Assembly (NCBI GenBank): GCA_040954595.2
Contig: CM082592.2
Location: forward strand, 6,619,577-6,683,576
Source of the DNA: Balanoglossus misakiensis
Taxonomy: Eukaryota > Animalia > Hemichordata
Reading direction: 5' to 3'
DNA: 64,000 nt
Shown in pieces: positions 13,400-24,711 of the stretch. Both the position numbers and the translations under genes were made by a program. A model generated the notes under the pieces. It was not told the origin of the DNA, made no database searches, and saw nothing but the letters and a program-made list of their open reading frames with translations. The stretch's first letter is position 1. Each line of letters begins with the position of its first letter.

Positions 13400-14421
13400 T
13401 TTTAAATAGTGAAAAATCAATCACAGAACCTGGAGCGTCCTGCTGAACCAATAGTATAATAAACAGACGAACCTTCTAAAGTTTAAGCCTGAGAGTGCAT
13501 ACGCCCCTGTAACACATTAACACATCATGATCACACCACCTGGAGATTTTACTGTCTATTTAGAAACCATGGCATCTGTCTGACAACAACGATCACACTG
13601 TGTCACCACCTGTGGTGTCACGTGGTGGCGTGATTATACGTGAACCAACTAGCTGTTCGCCTACGCAGCGGCCGGTGCAGCTGGCCTGAGTTGACCTAGA
13701 TCTGGGTATACAAACACACCACTTTACGGCAATTGGAGAATCAAGTCTCCTTGTATGTCCCCTTTTCGTTTTAACTTGTTTCTTGTTTAGGGCAAATCCT
13801 ATAGAAACGCCATGGACAGATCCTTTAAAATACCACCCCACCCCCGAATTACAAATATTTCAGATGGGAATTGGTTCGAAAACCTAAAGCTGGAAAATAG
13901 CATACCATTTAACGGCACAAAAAAGAAAATGGCAGAGATACATCACGTCGTGACACTTTGAACACGTTGAGATTTCGGTAACGTGTGATTTCGTTTAATT
14001 TATGGAGTGGCCCAGTACAGTGAAGCGGTGGCTGCGCCGCACTGAAGTTGCTCCGACTCCTAGTATAGCCCTGCGCCAGGTCTATGTGTTCCCGTCGTTA
14101 CACGGCCTCCGCGATGGAGGCCGCGGCCGTGTAGAACGCCGGGAACACACAGACATGTACCGCACAGGGCTACTCCGCCTTCTAGTTCATGTAGTTCAGT
14201 TGGGAGTTGGAAATCTGCGCGACAAGGCCGTGCTCGTGTGTTCGAACATGTACATGATTAAAAGCACCTGTGGTCTCCAGACCAAGTTGCTACGTACACC
14301 AAAACTGTGTGTTTTGGTATGTGTACACTAACAGTACAGACTAGCATTTAAGCTCATGGCAATTTGCAGCCCAGAAGAAACATAGGGACTGTGATTGGCG
14401 GTTGCGCATATCGCACAGCCG
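13400..14421. promoter_or_regulatory. Divergent promoter region between SEC14L-like and MTO1, including a putative non-coding first exon of MTO1 ending at 14421
   Basis: Head-to-head genes with local CpG enrichment. E-box GTCACGTG at 13617, SRE-like motifs at 13530 and 13625, ATTGG at about 14394, donor CCG|GTAAGG at 14421/14422. Both ATG-containing exons are preceded by splice acceptors (13086 on -, 15207 on +). Confidence 0.55.
14066..14172. mobile_element. Fold-back (hairpin) element with TA ends, MITE-like
   Basis: The left arm TAGCCCTGCGCCAGGTCTATGTGTTCCCGTCGTTACACGGCC matches the reverse complement of the right arm, TAGCCCTGTGCGGTACATGTCTGTGTGTTCCCGGCGTTCTACACGGCC. TA at both ends resembles a Tc1/mariner-type target-site duplication. 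Confidence 0.7.
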
Positions 14422-15232
14422 GTAAGGGCAGGACCATTTGATATGGTGGGGGGGGGGGGTCCTGGAGAAAAGGTGGAGAATGCTTTAAAGACTTGCACAT
14501 TGCTTTGTTGATTGATGAATGGTCTTGAGGGACAAGTTAAGTCCTTCCAGACTAAGACTTATGATCTGGAGGAACTTTTTTAGAAATTAATAAAACACAG
14601 CTGATCTGTTGGAAACTTGGTTCTAATCTGTGTGATATACTGCTATGTACCACTACACCAATATGTAGATTCTTTGATAAATTTCAATGGCCAACAGTTA
14701 TCATTAGTCTTTATGTATTTCCCTCCTAACATAAGCATCCATCCCTCCAAAGCAATGGTATAGTCTTCCCAATTAGCAGACTGCCCTCCTGAACTGCAGG
14801 TTAACAGACCAAGTAACTTTATGTAATAAATAGAGCCAGTGGACTCTGGAGCCAGATTGATGAGATTAAAAGCATGATGTACATTCTTTTTTTTGTTTCA
14901 TTGTACTAGAAAAAACTACCACTGAGTGAGAAAGTCAAACCCTAACCTTTTCAACTGTATTCTTTTCAATTCTGGTGCCTTCTGCACAACATTGTTAATT
15001 ATACTGAACTTCAAAATTTTTTTCTGATATTTTCCATCGCATTTGCCTTTAGATCGTCACTTTGTCAGCAGACTATGTTGACTATGCACACTTATTATTA
15101 GTACAGTACAGTAATCCTTTGAGAAAAATTTGTTTAGTCTAACTTGGTGATGCAGTGCAATTGGGAGAAAAAAAATTCTGAAAGTGTTCTTAATCCTTCT
15201 CCAACAGGCTATGCAAGCGATAACTGGAGTGA

Positions 15233-18200
15233 ATGATGCTGCCTCATTTGAGATCCCTCAGACGAACACCCTGGCTTCGAAGTTCCTGTCGCAAGTACTG
15301 CGGTATCAGTCCTGATGGCAAGACGTTTGATGTGATCGTTGTCGGTGGTGGCCATGCTGGGTGCGAGGCTGCTGCCGCTGCAGCAAGGATGGGGGCTCAA
15401 ACGCTGTTGCTAACGCACAAAATACAAACTATTGGTAAGTCTGGTATTTTCATCCGTTATCCCCATCAGTTTCTGGGCAGTTTTGCGAGGCATGTCAGCT
15501 TTTACTAAAATTAGTCAGAGATTGTAAACTTACCTGCAGAACACAGCAGATGTGTTCTAAACTCCACTATGCTGACCGAATGATTCAACCACGAGATGTA
15601 AATATATATAGACAAGATTTGGCACCAAAACCTCTTTGTCTACTTGGACGAAGTCCAGTGGGCCCTCAGCACTGCAAAGATTAGGTGCTGTCTGACAATC
15701 ACCACCTCGGTCTCAGATATCTCCATAGCTTATTGTGCCAGCACATTTACAATATATCGAATAATCTTATCAAAAGTTCAGGTGCATCATGATATTGCCA
15801 AGTGAATTTGTTTCATGATGTAATCATTTAACAGCCACCAGTGTGCAGTGTGTTTCATTTTCAAGGGGATATCTTTCAGAGAATATTTTATTTAAATGAG
15901 ATGCTACAGTAGATTCTGCACTGTAGCAATTGACTGACTGTGTCATCAACAATGACTTATTTAAACTGCCTATAAAGAGGCAATCTCCAATGATGATTCG
16001 CTGATGAAATGACATCATGCGTAATTCTTTGTTCATATGCCAGAAAATGTATCATGACAGGTCAATGACCCCTGTTATTTGTTCTTGATCAGTTAGAATA
16101 AGTATCTATCATAAAGGTTGTAGGTCTACGTTTGAGGCTATGATATACTTTTGACCTTTTCACGCTTACAGGTGAGATGTCATGTAATCCCTCATTTGGC
16201 GGCGTTGGAAAAGGACACTTGATGAAGGAAATTGATGCTTTAGATGGTTTGTGTGGGAGACTATGTGGTAAGTGGCTATGGTTTGGTCCAAATCCATTAT
16301 TTTCTATGGTAAAACTGGACCTCTACAGTTGGAAATAGGGGTGGAAGCTTAGCTAGGGGTCATAAGTGGTTTGATCCCTACAAAGTCTAAAGGATTCAAA
16401 TGACACAACCCAAATTAGAATTTCCCTCCTCTTTCAGACAAGGCAGGCATCCACTACAAAATGCTAAACAGAAGCAAAGGACCAGCTGTCTGGGTAAGAA
16501 AGTTGACTTTTATCCACTCACAGCAATGTGCATAAAAGATGTTTGTTTTCTGTTGGTTGATACAAAATCAAGGTTTGGTGTCAATATTACCCATATTGGC
16601 AGAATAATTGGATATTCTCACAATCTGAATCTGAATAAAAAGTTTAATTTTCAATGGTTACCTTGCTGGGTATAATTCTCCTGTTGACAGCTAACACAAA
16701 CAGCACAGAACCAAAAAGTAAAGACCAATTAAGCCTGTATAGAAGATTGTAAAAGTGTTGATATTCCACAAAAGTAAATTCCACAATGTCAATAAACCAG
16801 ACTTAATTTGGGCAATGCAGTACATATACATGTAGTTGGGAATTACTAAATCCAAACAAAGACAAACTCCTGTAGAACAGCTATTTGTTGCAAGTAACAG
16901 ACAAGAAAATAATGTGAACAGATCATGCAAACTCCACATGTCACTGCTACAGGGTCCAAGGGCGCAGATTGACAGGGATCTCTACAGGCAGTACATGCAA
17001 GACGAAATCTTGAACACAAAGAACCTGACAGTGAAAGCAGCACCAGTTGAAGATTTTATCATCGAGGAAACCAACTTAGTAGAGAGTACGGCCGACAGAA
17101 TTTGCAGAGGTGTTGTCACAGGTATGCGATGAGCACATTTGGGTGTTTGATCCTAAGTATCTGTTGATAATGTGAGCAGCAACCTATGGATAATAATAAT
17201 GTACTGTTTTGCCGAAACTTCAAGTTATATGATCATAGCAAGAAAGTTGCCATGATATTGTTAAAATGGCAGGGACCAAGTTCACATTGGTTTGTTGACC
17301 ATTTGCATCTGTTTCTCAGATGTGCAGTCTTTTCTGGGACATTAAGAACCGTGCACTGTGACTAAAAACCACTTTTTGTTCTCTTTCAGATGATGGCACG
17401 TCCATCTTTGGCAGAGCGGTCGTTCTGACTACGGGGACGTTTCTCAGGGGAGAAATTCACATCGGAATGGAGAGCAGACCCGCTGGTCGTCTTGGTGATC
17501 AGCCGTCCATTGGATTGGCCAAGACCTTAGAAGACGCAGGATTCCAAGTTGGCCGATTGAAAACAGGTGAATATAAAATTGATGTTTTTGAACCATTGCC
17601 TTTTTTCGGCCTTCGATTTTTCTGGAAACCCATGCTGTGGTAGAATAGACCTGGATTATACCGAATGGCGGTAAAAACAAATTTCCCTGCAGGTACCCCT
17701 CCCAGACTGGACGGCAGAACGATCAATCTCCGTGAAACAGAACGCCACGAGGCAGACAATCCTCCGTTGCCGTTTTCATTCATCACCGACAAAGTCCAAA
17801 TCAAGGTCAGTCGACTATACACTCTTGAAAAGTGCACAAAAACTGAAAAACGATGATGCACGCTGACAGTAAATTTGGTAAAGGTTCCAGGTGATGTAAC
17901 AGTGTCTGATTCTTGCAGGCAGAAGATCAGATACCCTGTTACCTGACCCATACCACCCTGACTGTTGATAAGATTGTGCTGGACAACATGCATCTCAACA
18001 GACATGTGACAGAAGAAGTGAACGGTCCAAGGTGTGCTGTTTTTCTCAGATTTCAGGCATGACAGTGTCCACAAAAATAGATTAAAAGCAGAAAGAAATT
18101 CCTGCTCACTATATCACTTTAAACAAATTCAATAGTTTAATTTTCTCCTTGTAGTTAAGATGGGCAACCTTTGTTACATTTTGAAATGCAGTTTTCTAAT

Positions 18201-21200
18201 TGAAAATATCACATTCTTGATTACCTGTGATTTTAGCCTTCATTGATTTTTTTTTGTCCTCATATAGGTACTGCCCATCAATTGAGTCAAAGGTGTTGAG
18301 ATTTCCACAGAGAAAAAATCAAGTTTGGTTAGAACCTGAGGGTGAGTTTGTATCAAATTAAAGTCCCATGATTTGTACTTTTGGGGAATTATCATGAAAT
18401 TTGTTTTAATATTAGGCCATACAGATGTATGCACTGAAGTATATACAAGTATTAAAAACCCCAAGTATGAGTGTGTATGCAAGTTTTAACCAGATTTAAA
18501 TTTCCCCATTTTCTGTAGGCTTGAGTTCCAACGTGATATATCCACAAGGGCTGTCTTGCACCTTGCCAGAAAATTTACAAAGAGAGTTGATACGGAATAT
18601 TACAGGCCTCGAGAATGCAGAAATAGTCCGACCTGGTGAGTTTGCCAGACTTCTCCAGAAACCACTGTATTTTTCAAAAGAAATCTTTTGAAAAACTGAG
18701 AATAATGTCTTGCAATAGTTGAGATAAAGATTTGATAATGGTTTTGATCCCTGACACTTCTCGAAACAGAAACACATCATTGCATACATGTTGACAGAAT
18801 CGAATATATACCTGTATGTTTCTACGCAGCATTTTTACATGCCAGTGATACAATTCAAGATGTCGAAGCATTGCAATTTCTTCCGATCAGTTACTCATCA
18901 ACTACAGTAATGATGTCATCAGTGAATCAATCCTTTTTTTTGTGATTTTTCTTTTTCAGGTTATGGAGTGGAGTATGATTACATGGATCCGAGACAACTT
19001 AAAACCACCCTGGAAACTCACCCGATCTCCAATCTCTTCTTCGCCGGACAGATTAACGGTACGACCGGATACGAAGAAGCTGCTGCCCAGGTGAGAAACT
19101 GACAGTCGAGTGATGGAAACAGTAATAGTCTGTGATTTATTGTTAATCCGGTGACCTTGAGAGTTCAAAGGGCAGTGTCTATCTTTTGATTATTTTCGTT
19201 GTTACTTGTGATAAGTCGGGTCGTGATGTAATGCCCCTTTAATTTTAGTTTAATCTTTGCTTAGATTACAGTAATATCTGCCGTCAACTGCAGGCAGAAT
19301 CTTTGTCTATATCTTAAAGTTCAAACTCATTTTATTATTTTACCAATGGAAAATGTTTAGTGTTGATTCCTGTGGGAAATGAAAATGGTGTTTAAAATTG
19401 GGTTTCACAAATGCATGGTGCTTCAGACACCTTCCCGAGATCAGTCTCCGTGTCGCCATGGTGATTGTTTTTCCCCTCCTATCACAGGGCATCGTAGCTG
19501 GCATCAATGCAGCGTTGAAGGTTCACAAGAAACCCCCCTTCACTGTAAAACGGACGGAGGGATATATCGGAGTGCTGATCGACGACCTGACCACCCAGGG
19601 TGCCACGGAGCCGTACAGGATGTTCACGAGTCGTGCCGAGTTCCGACTCAAGCTGCGACCCGATAACGCTGACCAAAGACTCACAAGCAGAGGTTAATTA
19701 TTGAATACCACTTTCTCATTCATAATTGATACCAAAATAATACTAAAAGTGCATAGTGAAATAAAGTCTTCCACCAAATGGTAATATAACTTATAAGCAG
19801 TCTGGTTTCCATCAGGATTATGATTGTGTAAGATCAAAGGGCAGAGAGGTCATATTTACTAGGTCACCCTTTTGGGCAATCAGCAACCTGAAAGTCCAAA
19901 GGGGGCATATATGAAAGATTAATTATCTATCATTTTGCTATGTTGCGTACTTTGACTTCCTTGGCACTAAGACAGATCTCTTTTGGGGTGATCATCGCCA
20001 ACTAATGATTATATTTTACCAATAAATGCATTTGTTCTTTTGTGACATGATTTAAATTTAGCAATTTAGCAAAATATCAAACTATCATCATTCCCGTGTA
20101 TGTATACCCAGGAACTAATTTCCACACATCCTTTCTTAGAACAGCAGACTTCCTAACTTATGTCTCCCATCTGAAATTTGTTGAAAAGATGCTCTTTTTT
20201 ATATATATTAGGTTACGAAATAGGCTGTGTCAGTGAACCTAGGTACCAGCATGCTGTCGCCATGTCAACCAAATTGAATGCTGGGATAGATGTGTTGAAG
20301 TCTGTGGTGATGTCAGCGGCGAAGTGGTCAAGGAGTGTCGATGTGCACTTCACAAAGAAAGAAAATATGAGGTATGACGATAGAGTATATTTTTTTGTAA
20401 GTTATCTTGATATCCAAGTAGCCAGCCACTTTCATTGCAACTCCAATCACTTCTCCATCTTTTCTCTTCCTGTAGTGCATTTGATGTTTTGTGCAGTCGT
20501 GATGTGACTGTAGAGACCTTGGCAACAGTGTGTCCTCAACTTCGAGAGTTGGCTGAAGACAAAGAACTGGCAAGAAGACTCAAGATAGAAGGTTTGAACA
20601 TGATGATATAATTTTGATTCTGTAAAACCTGAGATACTAGTAGTTATTAAGAAAAAATGGCCGCCATTCTACCCAGTTCTTGTACAGTTCTGACGTCACC
20701 CCTCAAACCATAGAGACACACCAAGGTCCAAACTGGATCTTCTCCCTCCCCCCCCCAACATTCCACAGAAAATGGCTTCGCAACCTATATATTCAAGATT
20801 ACCTTGGTGTTCAGGATGATGGCCTTTTTAAAGGCCGACGATCGTCTCATGTGGATGTGTGTACATCATTACGTCCAATCCAAATGTTCTGCACATTTTG
20901 CGTTCGACGCGTTCATAGAGTGGACTGCCTTTGCTACCTTCCATATTTCATGCACACCGTATATAAGTAGACTTTAGTTTTGTCCCTTCTTTTCACCCTA
21001 CGTGCTGTCTTTTCCTGATCTCCAATACAGACTATGGTCGCCGCCATCTTGTCTATTACACAGACTAATGGTCGCCGCCATCTTGTCTGTTATTAGGACA
21101 GCACATTGCCCTATGGCATTGACTGACTGACAATTTTGTAACCAGAGTCTCTGGTTTGGCACATGGGCACAAGATGACTGTCACCCTTAAAAAACCACGG

Positions 21201-22108
21201 ACATCATGCGCTGGTGTCTGTTCCATGGCAACGTTGACTCAGCTTGCGTGCATTCAAAGAACAAAAATGACCACACGGCCTTGATAAGAAGCCAAACAGG
21301 ACTCTTTTTTTCCCCGTAACACCGACGTCCGACCCCAATCTATCCACCAGGACATTATGCACCGATCATGTGGAAGGTGGAGGCCGATATTCAAGAAGTG
21401 AAGAAAGACGAAGATTTTGTACTGCCTGAAAATCTGGATTATCAAAGGTACATAGTAATTATATATAGCAGTTGATACTTGTATATTTCACTCAGGAAGA
21501 CTACTGTTCTGAACATTTTCATGTCTTTAAATGGATGGTTCTGTATTGTTATGTTTCAGATTGTAACAATATCATTTTTTTTTCTCTCATCCAGTCTTAA
21601 TTTATCTAAAGAAATCAAGGAGAAGTTATCGCAAGTTCGACCGTCTTCGGTAAGCCTTGAATTTGACATTGTTTGATGGATTGTAGCTGTAGTACAGTAA
21701 CAACGCCAAATTACACCTGCTTCAAAGTCTGGGAATTTTAAATGACAATTAGTTGGTCTTTTCTTCTTTTTATTTAGCCATGAATAAACAAAAGCGTAAA
21801 TAACAACTAGATTTTTACATAGTTTCATGTGGTTTGAGTTGCAAGTACTTCGTATATTTGGTTGAGTATATTGTGTGCCTTTTCAGGCATATTCTAATAC
21901 AGCAGACCCTCCTATGTTACTGATATGACATAAGGCTTCCAACAGACTATGAATTCATGTTTGTGACTCTTCTCTGTCTTTCTGTGTGGTGTCGTTTCAG
22001 ATCGGTGGAGCCAGCCGTATTCCTGGCATGACACCTGCCGCTCTCTTGCTGCTCTTGTACCAAGTGAAGAAATGGGCAAAGCAGAACGGGGAAGTGTCGG
22101 CATCGTGA
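15233..22108 (+). CDS. MTO1: Mitochondrial tRNA modification protein MTO1 (GidA/MnmG family), 662 aa
   Basis: Exons: 15233-15434, 16172-16267, 16438-16493, 16953-17121, 17390-17566, 17693-17805, 17919-18031, 18268-18341, 18519-18635, 18960-19090, 19488-19692, 20212-20371, 20476-20591, 21351-21447, 21595-21649, 22001-22108 (TGA); 1989 nt. Arg-rich targeting peptide, FAD motif [107 protein letters not shown]. Confidence 0.98.
16272..16345. mobile_element. Second, inverted and end-eroded copy of the same short MITE, in MTO1 intron 2
   Basis: The reverse complement (CCACCCCTATTTCCAACTGTAGAGGTCCAGTTTTACCATAGAAAATAATGGATTTGGACCAAACCATAG) aligns by eye with 11195-11263 (TCACCCCCAGTTACCTCTTCAGAGGTCCAACCTTACCATAGAAAACAATAGGCTCAGACTGAACCATAG). 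Confidence 0.7.
21028..21092. repeat. 33-bp direct duplication carrying two YY1-type motifs
   Basis: CAGACTA(A)TGGTCGCCGCCATCTTGTCT occurs twice in MTO1 intron 13. Confidence 0.8.
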
Positions 22109-23652
22109 CACGACCAATTTCAGTAAGACCTGATGTCGATTTTAAAGTATTGAAGAGAAATTAGAATCATGCGTACATGTATTGCACTCCACACATAATA
22201 CCTGCTACGTATGCATCAGCAAAATTAAACAGACAAAAATGATCTGAATGTTTTTTTGAGAAAAAAAAACTACTGATGTTGATTTTAAGAAAACAAAAGA
22301 ATTAACCCAGCCTGTCACAAGAGGGCAGTAGATTTCTCAGGGACATTGTGCAGATGTCAACAGATAGCAGTCTTTTAAAATTATATTCTGATATATATAT
22401 TTTTCACTTTAACCGTAAAGTGTCTATGTATGTTGTGTGTGTGTTGGGGGCGGGGGGGGGGTGACCATTTTTGCAGAAATGACACTGGATGATGTCACTG
22501 TTGGAAGAAATTCCATTTATTCCGGATGTTTTTTTTTGCTTTGACATGATATGATTGCCAGCGGCGAATTGTTACACTCTGGCGAAAATATACCTGAAGA
22601 GAATTGGCAGTTGTACTTGGATTGAGGATTTTTTGAACACTCTTCAATGCAGTCTGACATTTTATGCGGGTAGGCACTTGAAAAAATCACACGAAAAACG
22701 ATGACTTGCATCAGACTGTACTCATAAAATTAAGATTTTGCAGACAAGAACTCAAACACATTTTAACACACCTTGTCCGTTTTCTATGCTATGATTGGTC
22801 GAATCAATGTGTGCACCTTGATGTCTGTAGTTGTACACACAATGGTTATAAATACATGTACACATGAAATACATATGCAGCGTAAAGGCTGCTGAAACGG
22901 TTTCTGAACAGAACACACTGTTTTTAAAGCCCTAGTACCAGGGCTATAGCTAAAGCCCAAATGTTGCCGGCAAAATTTCTATAGTAGGCGGCGGTGGACA
23001 TTAATATAGAGCGCCCGCAGTAAATAAAGTTATCTAATCTTTTCTTTTCTTTTTGTTTGCGCGGAGATTATATTGGCCTCTCCTTTCATGGGATGCTTTG
23101 GTACTCGTAATGCCCAAAATAACGTTTAAAGTCTTTTGAAATGTATTTTAAGATATCACCAGACTCTCCCGTTAAAAAGGTGTCCCGACTCCAAAGTGAA
23201 AACTGACTATGGTGCATGAACGTTTTGGTCACGCAATTTATCCGATCAGTATCGCGCCATGTAAATTTATCGACTTCATAAAGATCCAGACATAATCGTT
23301 TAAAATTATCACCTCAGTACCCCCGGAGAAGAAGCCCCATAAGCTGTCATTTTCAGAATACGTCATCCACCACTGAGGTTGATGAAGGGGTATTTACAAG
23401 GAGGCAAAAAAGGCTAAACTGGTTAGCAGTCCATTTACAGCTAACGGGACATTTGAATTATTCCAACTAAATTTGTAAATTTCAAACCCCATGGTACTCT
23501 TCTCACAAAAAAGTACCGGACTCGTTTCAGAAGCGATCCCCGGTAGCCGGTAGATTTTTTTTCATGACATCCCTCCTATTATAATACTGAGACATATAAA
23601 AACGATATATATTTTTTTTAGATATTTCAGTGACGTGAGGGGTCTTTGTAGA

Positions 23653-24711
23653 CTACGGAAAACTGTGTTCAAGAAAGGCGTAACTTTCTTCGTCGTCCTC
23701 GTCGTTTTTCTTCGGGGACAAACAGGACGATATGCCGACAACAACAGTACTGATGATCACCAGGACGGCGCCGCAGATCTCCAGAACGGAGAAACTTCTG
23801 TGGAGCAGGAAGAAGCTGAGAATATACGCCATGACCACTTCGACGTTGGACAGTAGTACAACGGTGGCGGCGCCCTCGGACTGGAGACTGTAGAAGCCCA
23901 ACCAGAGCTCGAACAAGTCGAACAGGATGACGCCGAAAAGCAGCGCGCTGGTCTGGAGGCCCATCTTCCAAAGCGGTTTATCGAGTATATACATTAAGAA
24001 GAGGTCGAATACCATACCGACCATTCCCTGGTACAAAACGATCAGGGATACGCTGGTTCCTTTTGTTATTGCACGAACTGATACCGGCGAAATTGAGTAA
24101 CATATAGCGCAAATAAAAGCCAGCCCGTAAGCTGTGAGTTCTAGTTTCATCGGTATGGGCTCTGTTCTCGTGTCCTCAACCGAGCAGTCCGACGCGCAAA
24201 TCTGCGCATTATACCCAAAAACAAAAGTCGGACACGTGATGAAGATTACACCAATGATATTGATGACTGCGCAGACGGCGTCCACGGGTTTCCAGAGTTC
24301 CTTCAAAGCGACGCAGGCGATGAGAGACGTGACGAACGGCATGGTGGCGTTGATGATGGCAGTGACGTTGCCCAGCGGCGCCCAGACCACGGCGTACACG
24401 TAGCAGGCGTCGCCGATGAGCAGCACGACCCCGTTGACGACCAGGAGGACGTTGGTGCGCAGGTCCGCCACCAGGAAGTTGCCGTCCTGCACGCGGATCA
24501 CTATCGCCATGGTGACCGTGATGCTCACGGCCACCATGAAGAGAATCTGGAACTCCCCCACCCCGGCGGCGACCATGAGTACGGCGAAGGCCCCGGCGAC
24601 GGCGTGGCTGCCGCCGGAGAACATGGCGGAGCAGACGGTGATGACGGACTTCCATCGCACAGCACCGCAACATTTCTTCTCTCCACATTCTTCTATCTTG
24701 TCAATCAGCAT
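23653..24711 (-). CDS. EamA/DMT-superfamily transporter, SLC35G-like, 352 aa, single coding exon
   Basis: Uninterrupted 352-aa ORF with about 10 hydrophobic segments. Two EamA repeats (APLGNVTAIINATMPFVTSLIACVALKELW; GAATVVLLSNVEVVMAYILSFFLL...LEICGAVLVI), GVIFITCPTFVFG, and an acidic tail. A splice acceptor (TCTCTCAG on -) sits just upstream of the ATG at about 24722; a possible 5'UTR donor GTGAGT is at 25286-25281. Confidence 0.88.
   Translation of the reverse strand: MLIDKIEECGEKKCCGAVRWKSVITVCSAMFSGGSHAVAGAFAVLMVAAGVGEFQILFMVAVSITVTMAIVIRVQDGNFLVADLRTNVLLVVNGVVLLIGDACYVYAVVWAPLGNVTAIINATMPFVTSLIACVALKELWKPVDAVCAVINIIGVIFITCPTFVFGYNAQICASDCSVEDTRTEPIPMKLELTAYGLAFICAICYSISPVSVRAITKGTSVSLIVLYQGMVGMVFDLFLMYILDKPLWKMGLQTSALLFGVILFDLFELWLGFYSLQSEGAATVVLLSNVEVVMAYILSFFLLHRSFSVLEICGAVLVIISTVVVGISSCLSPKKNDEDDEESYAFLEHSFP

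Noticed and set aside
14002-14331. 109-aa ORF in the divergent promoter
   Set aside because: It overlaps the GC-rich fold-back element and has no recognisable domain.
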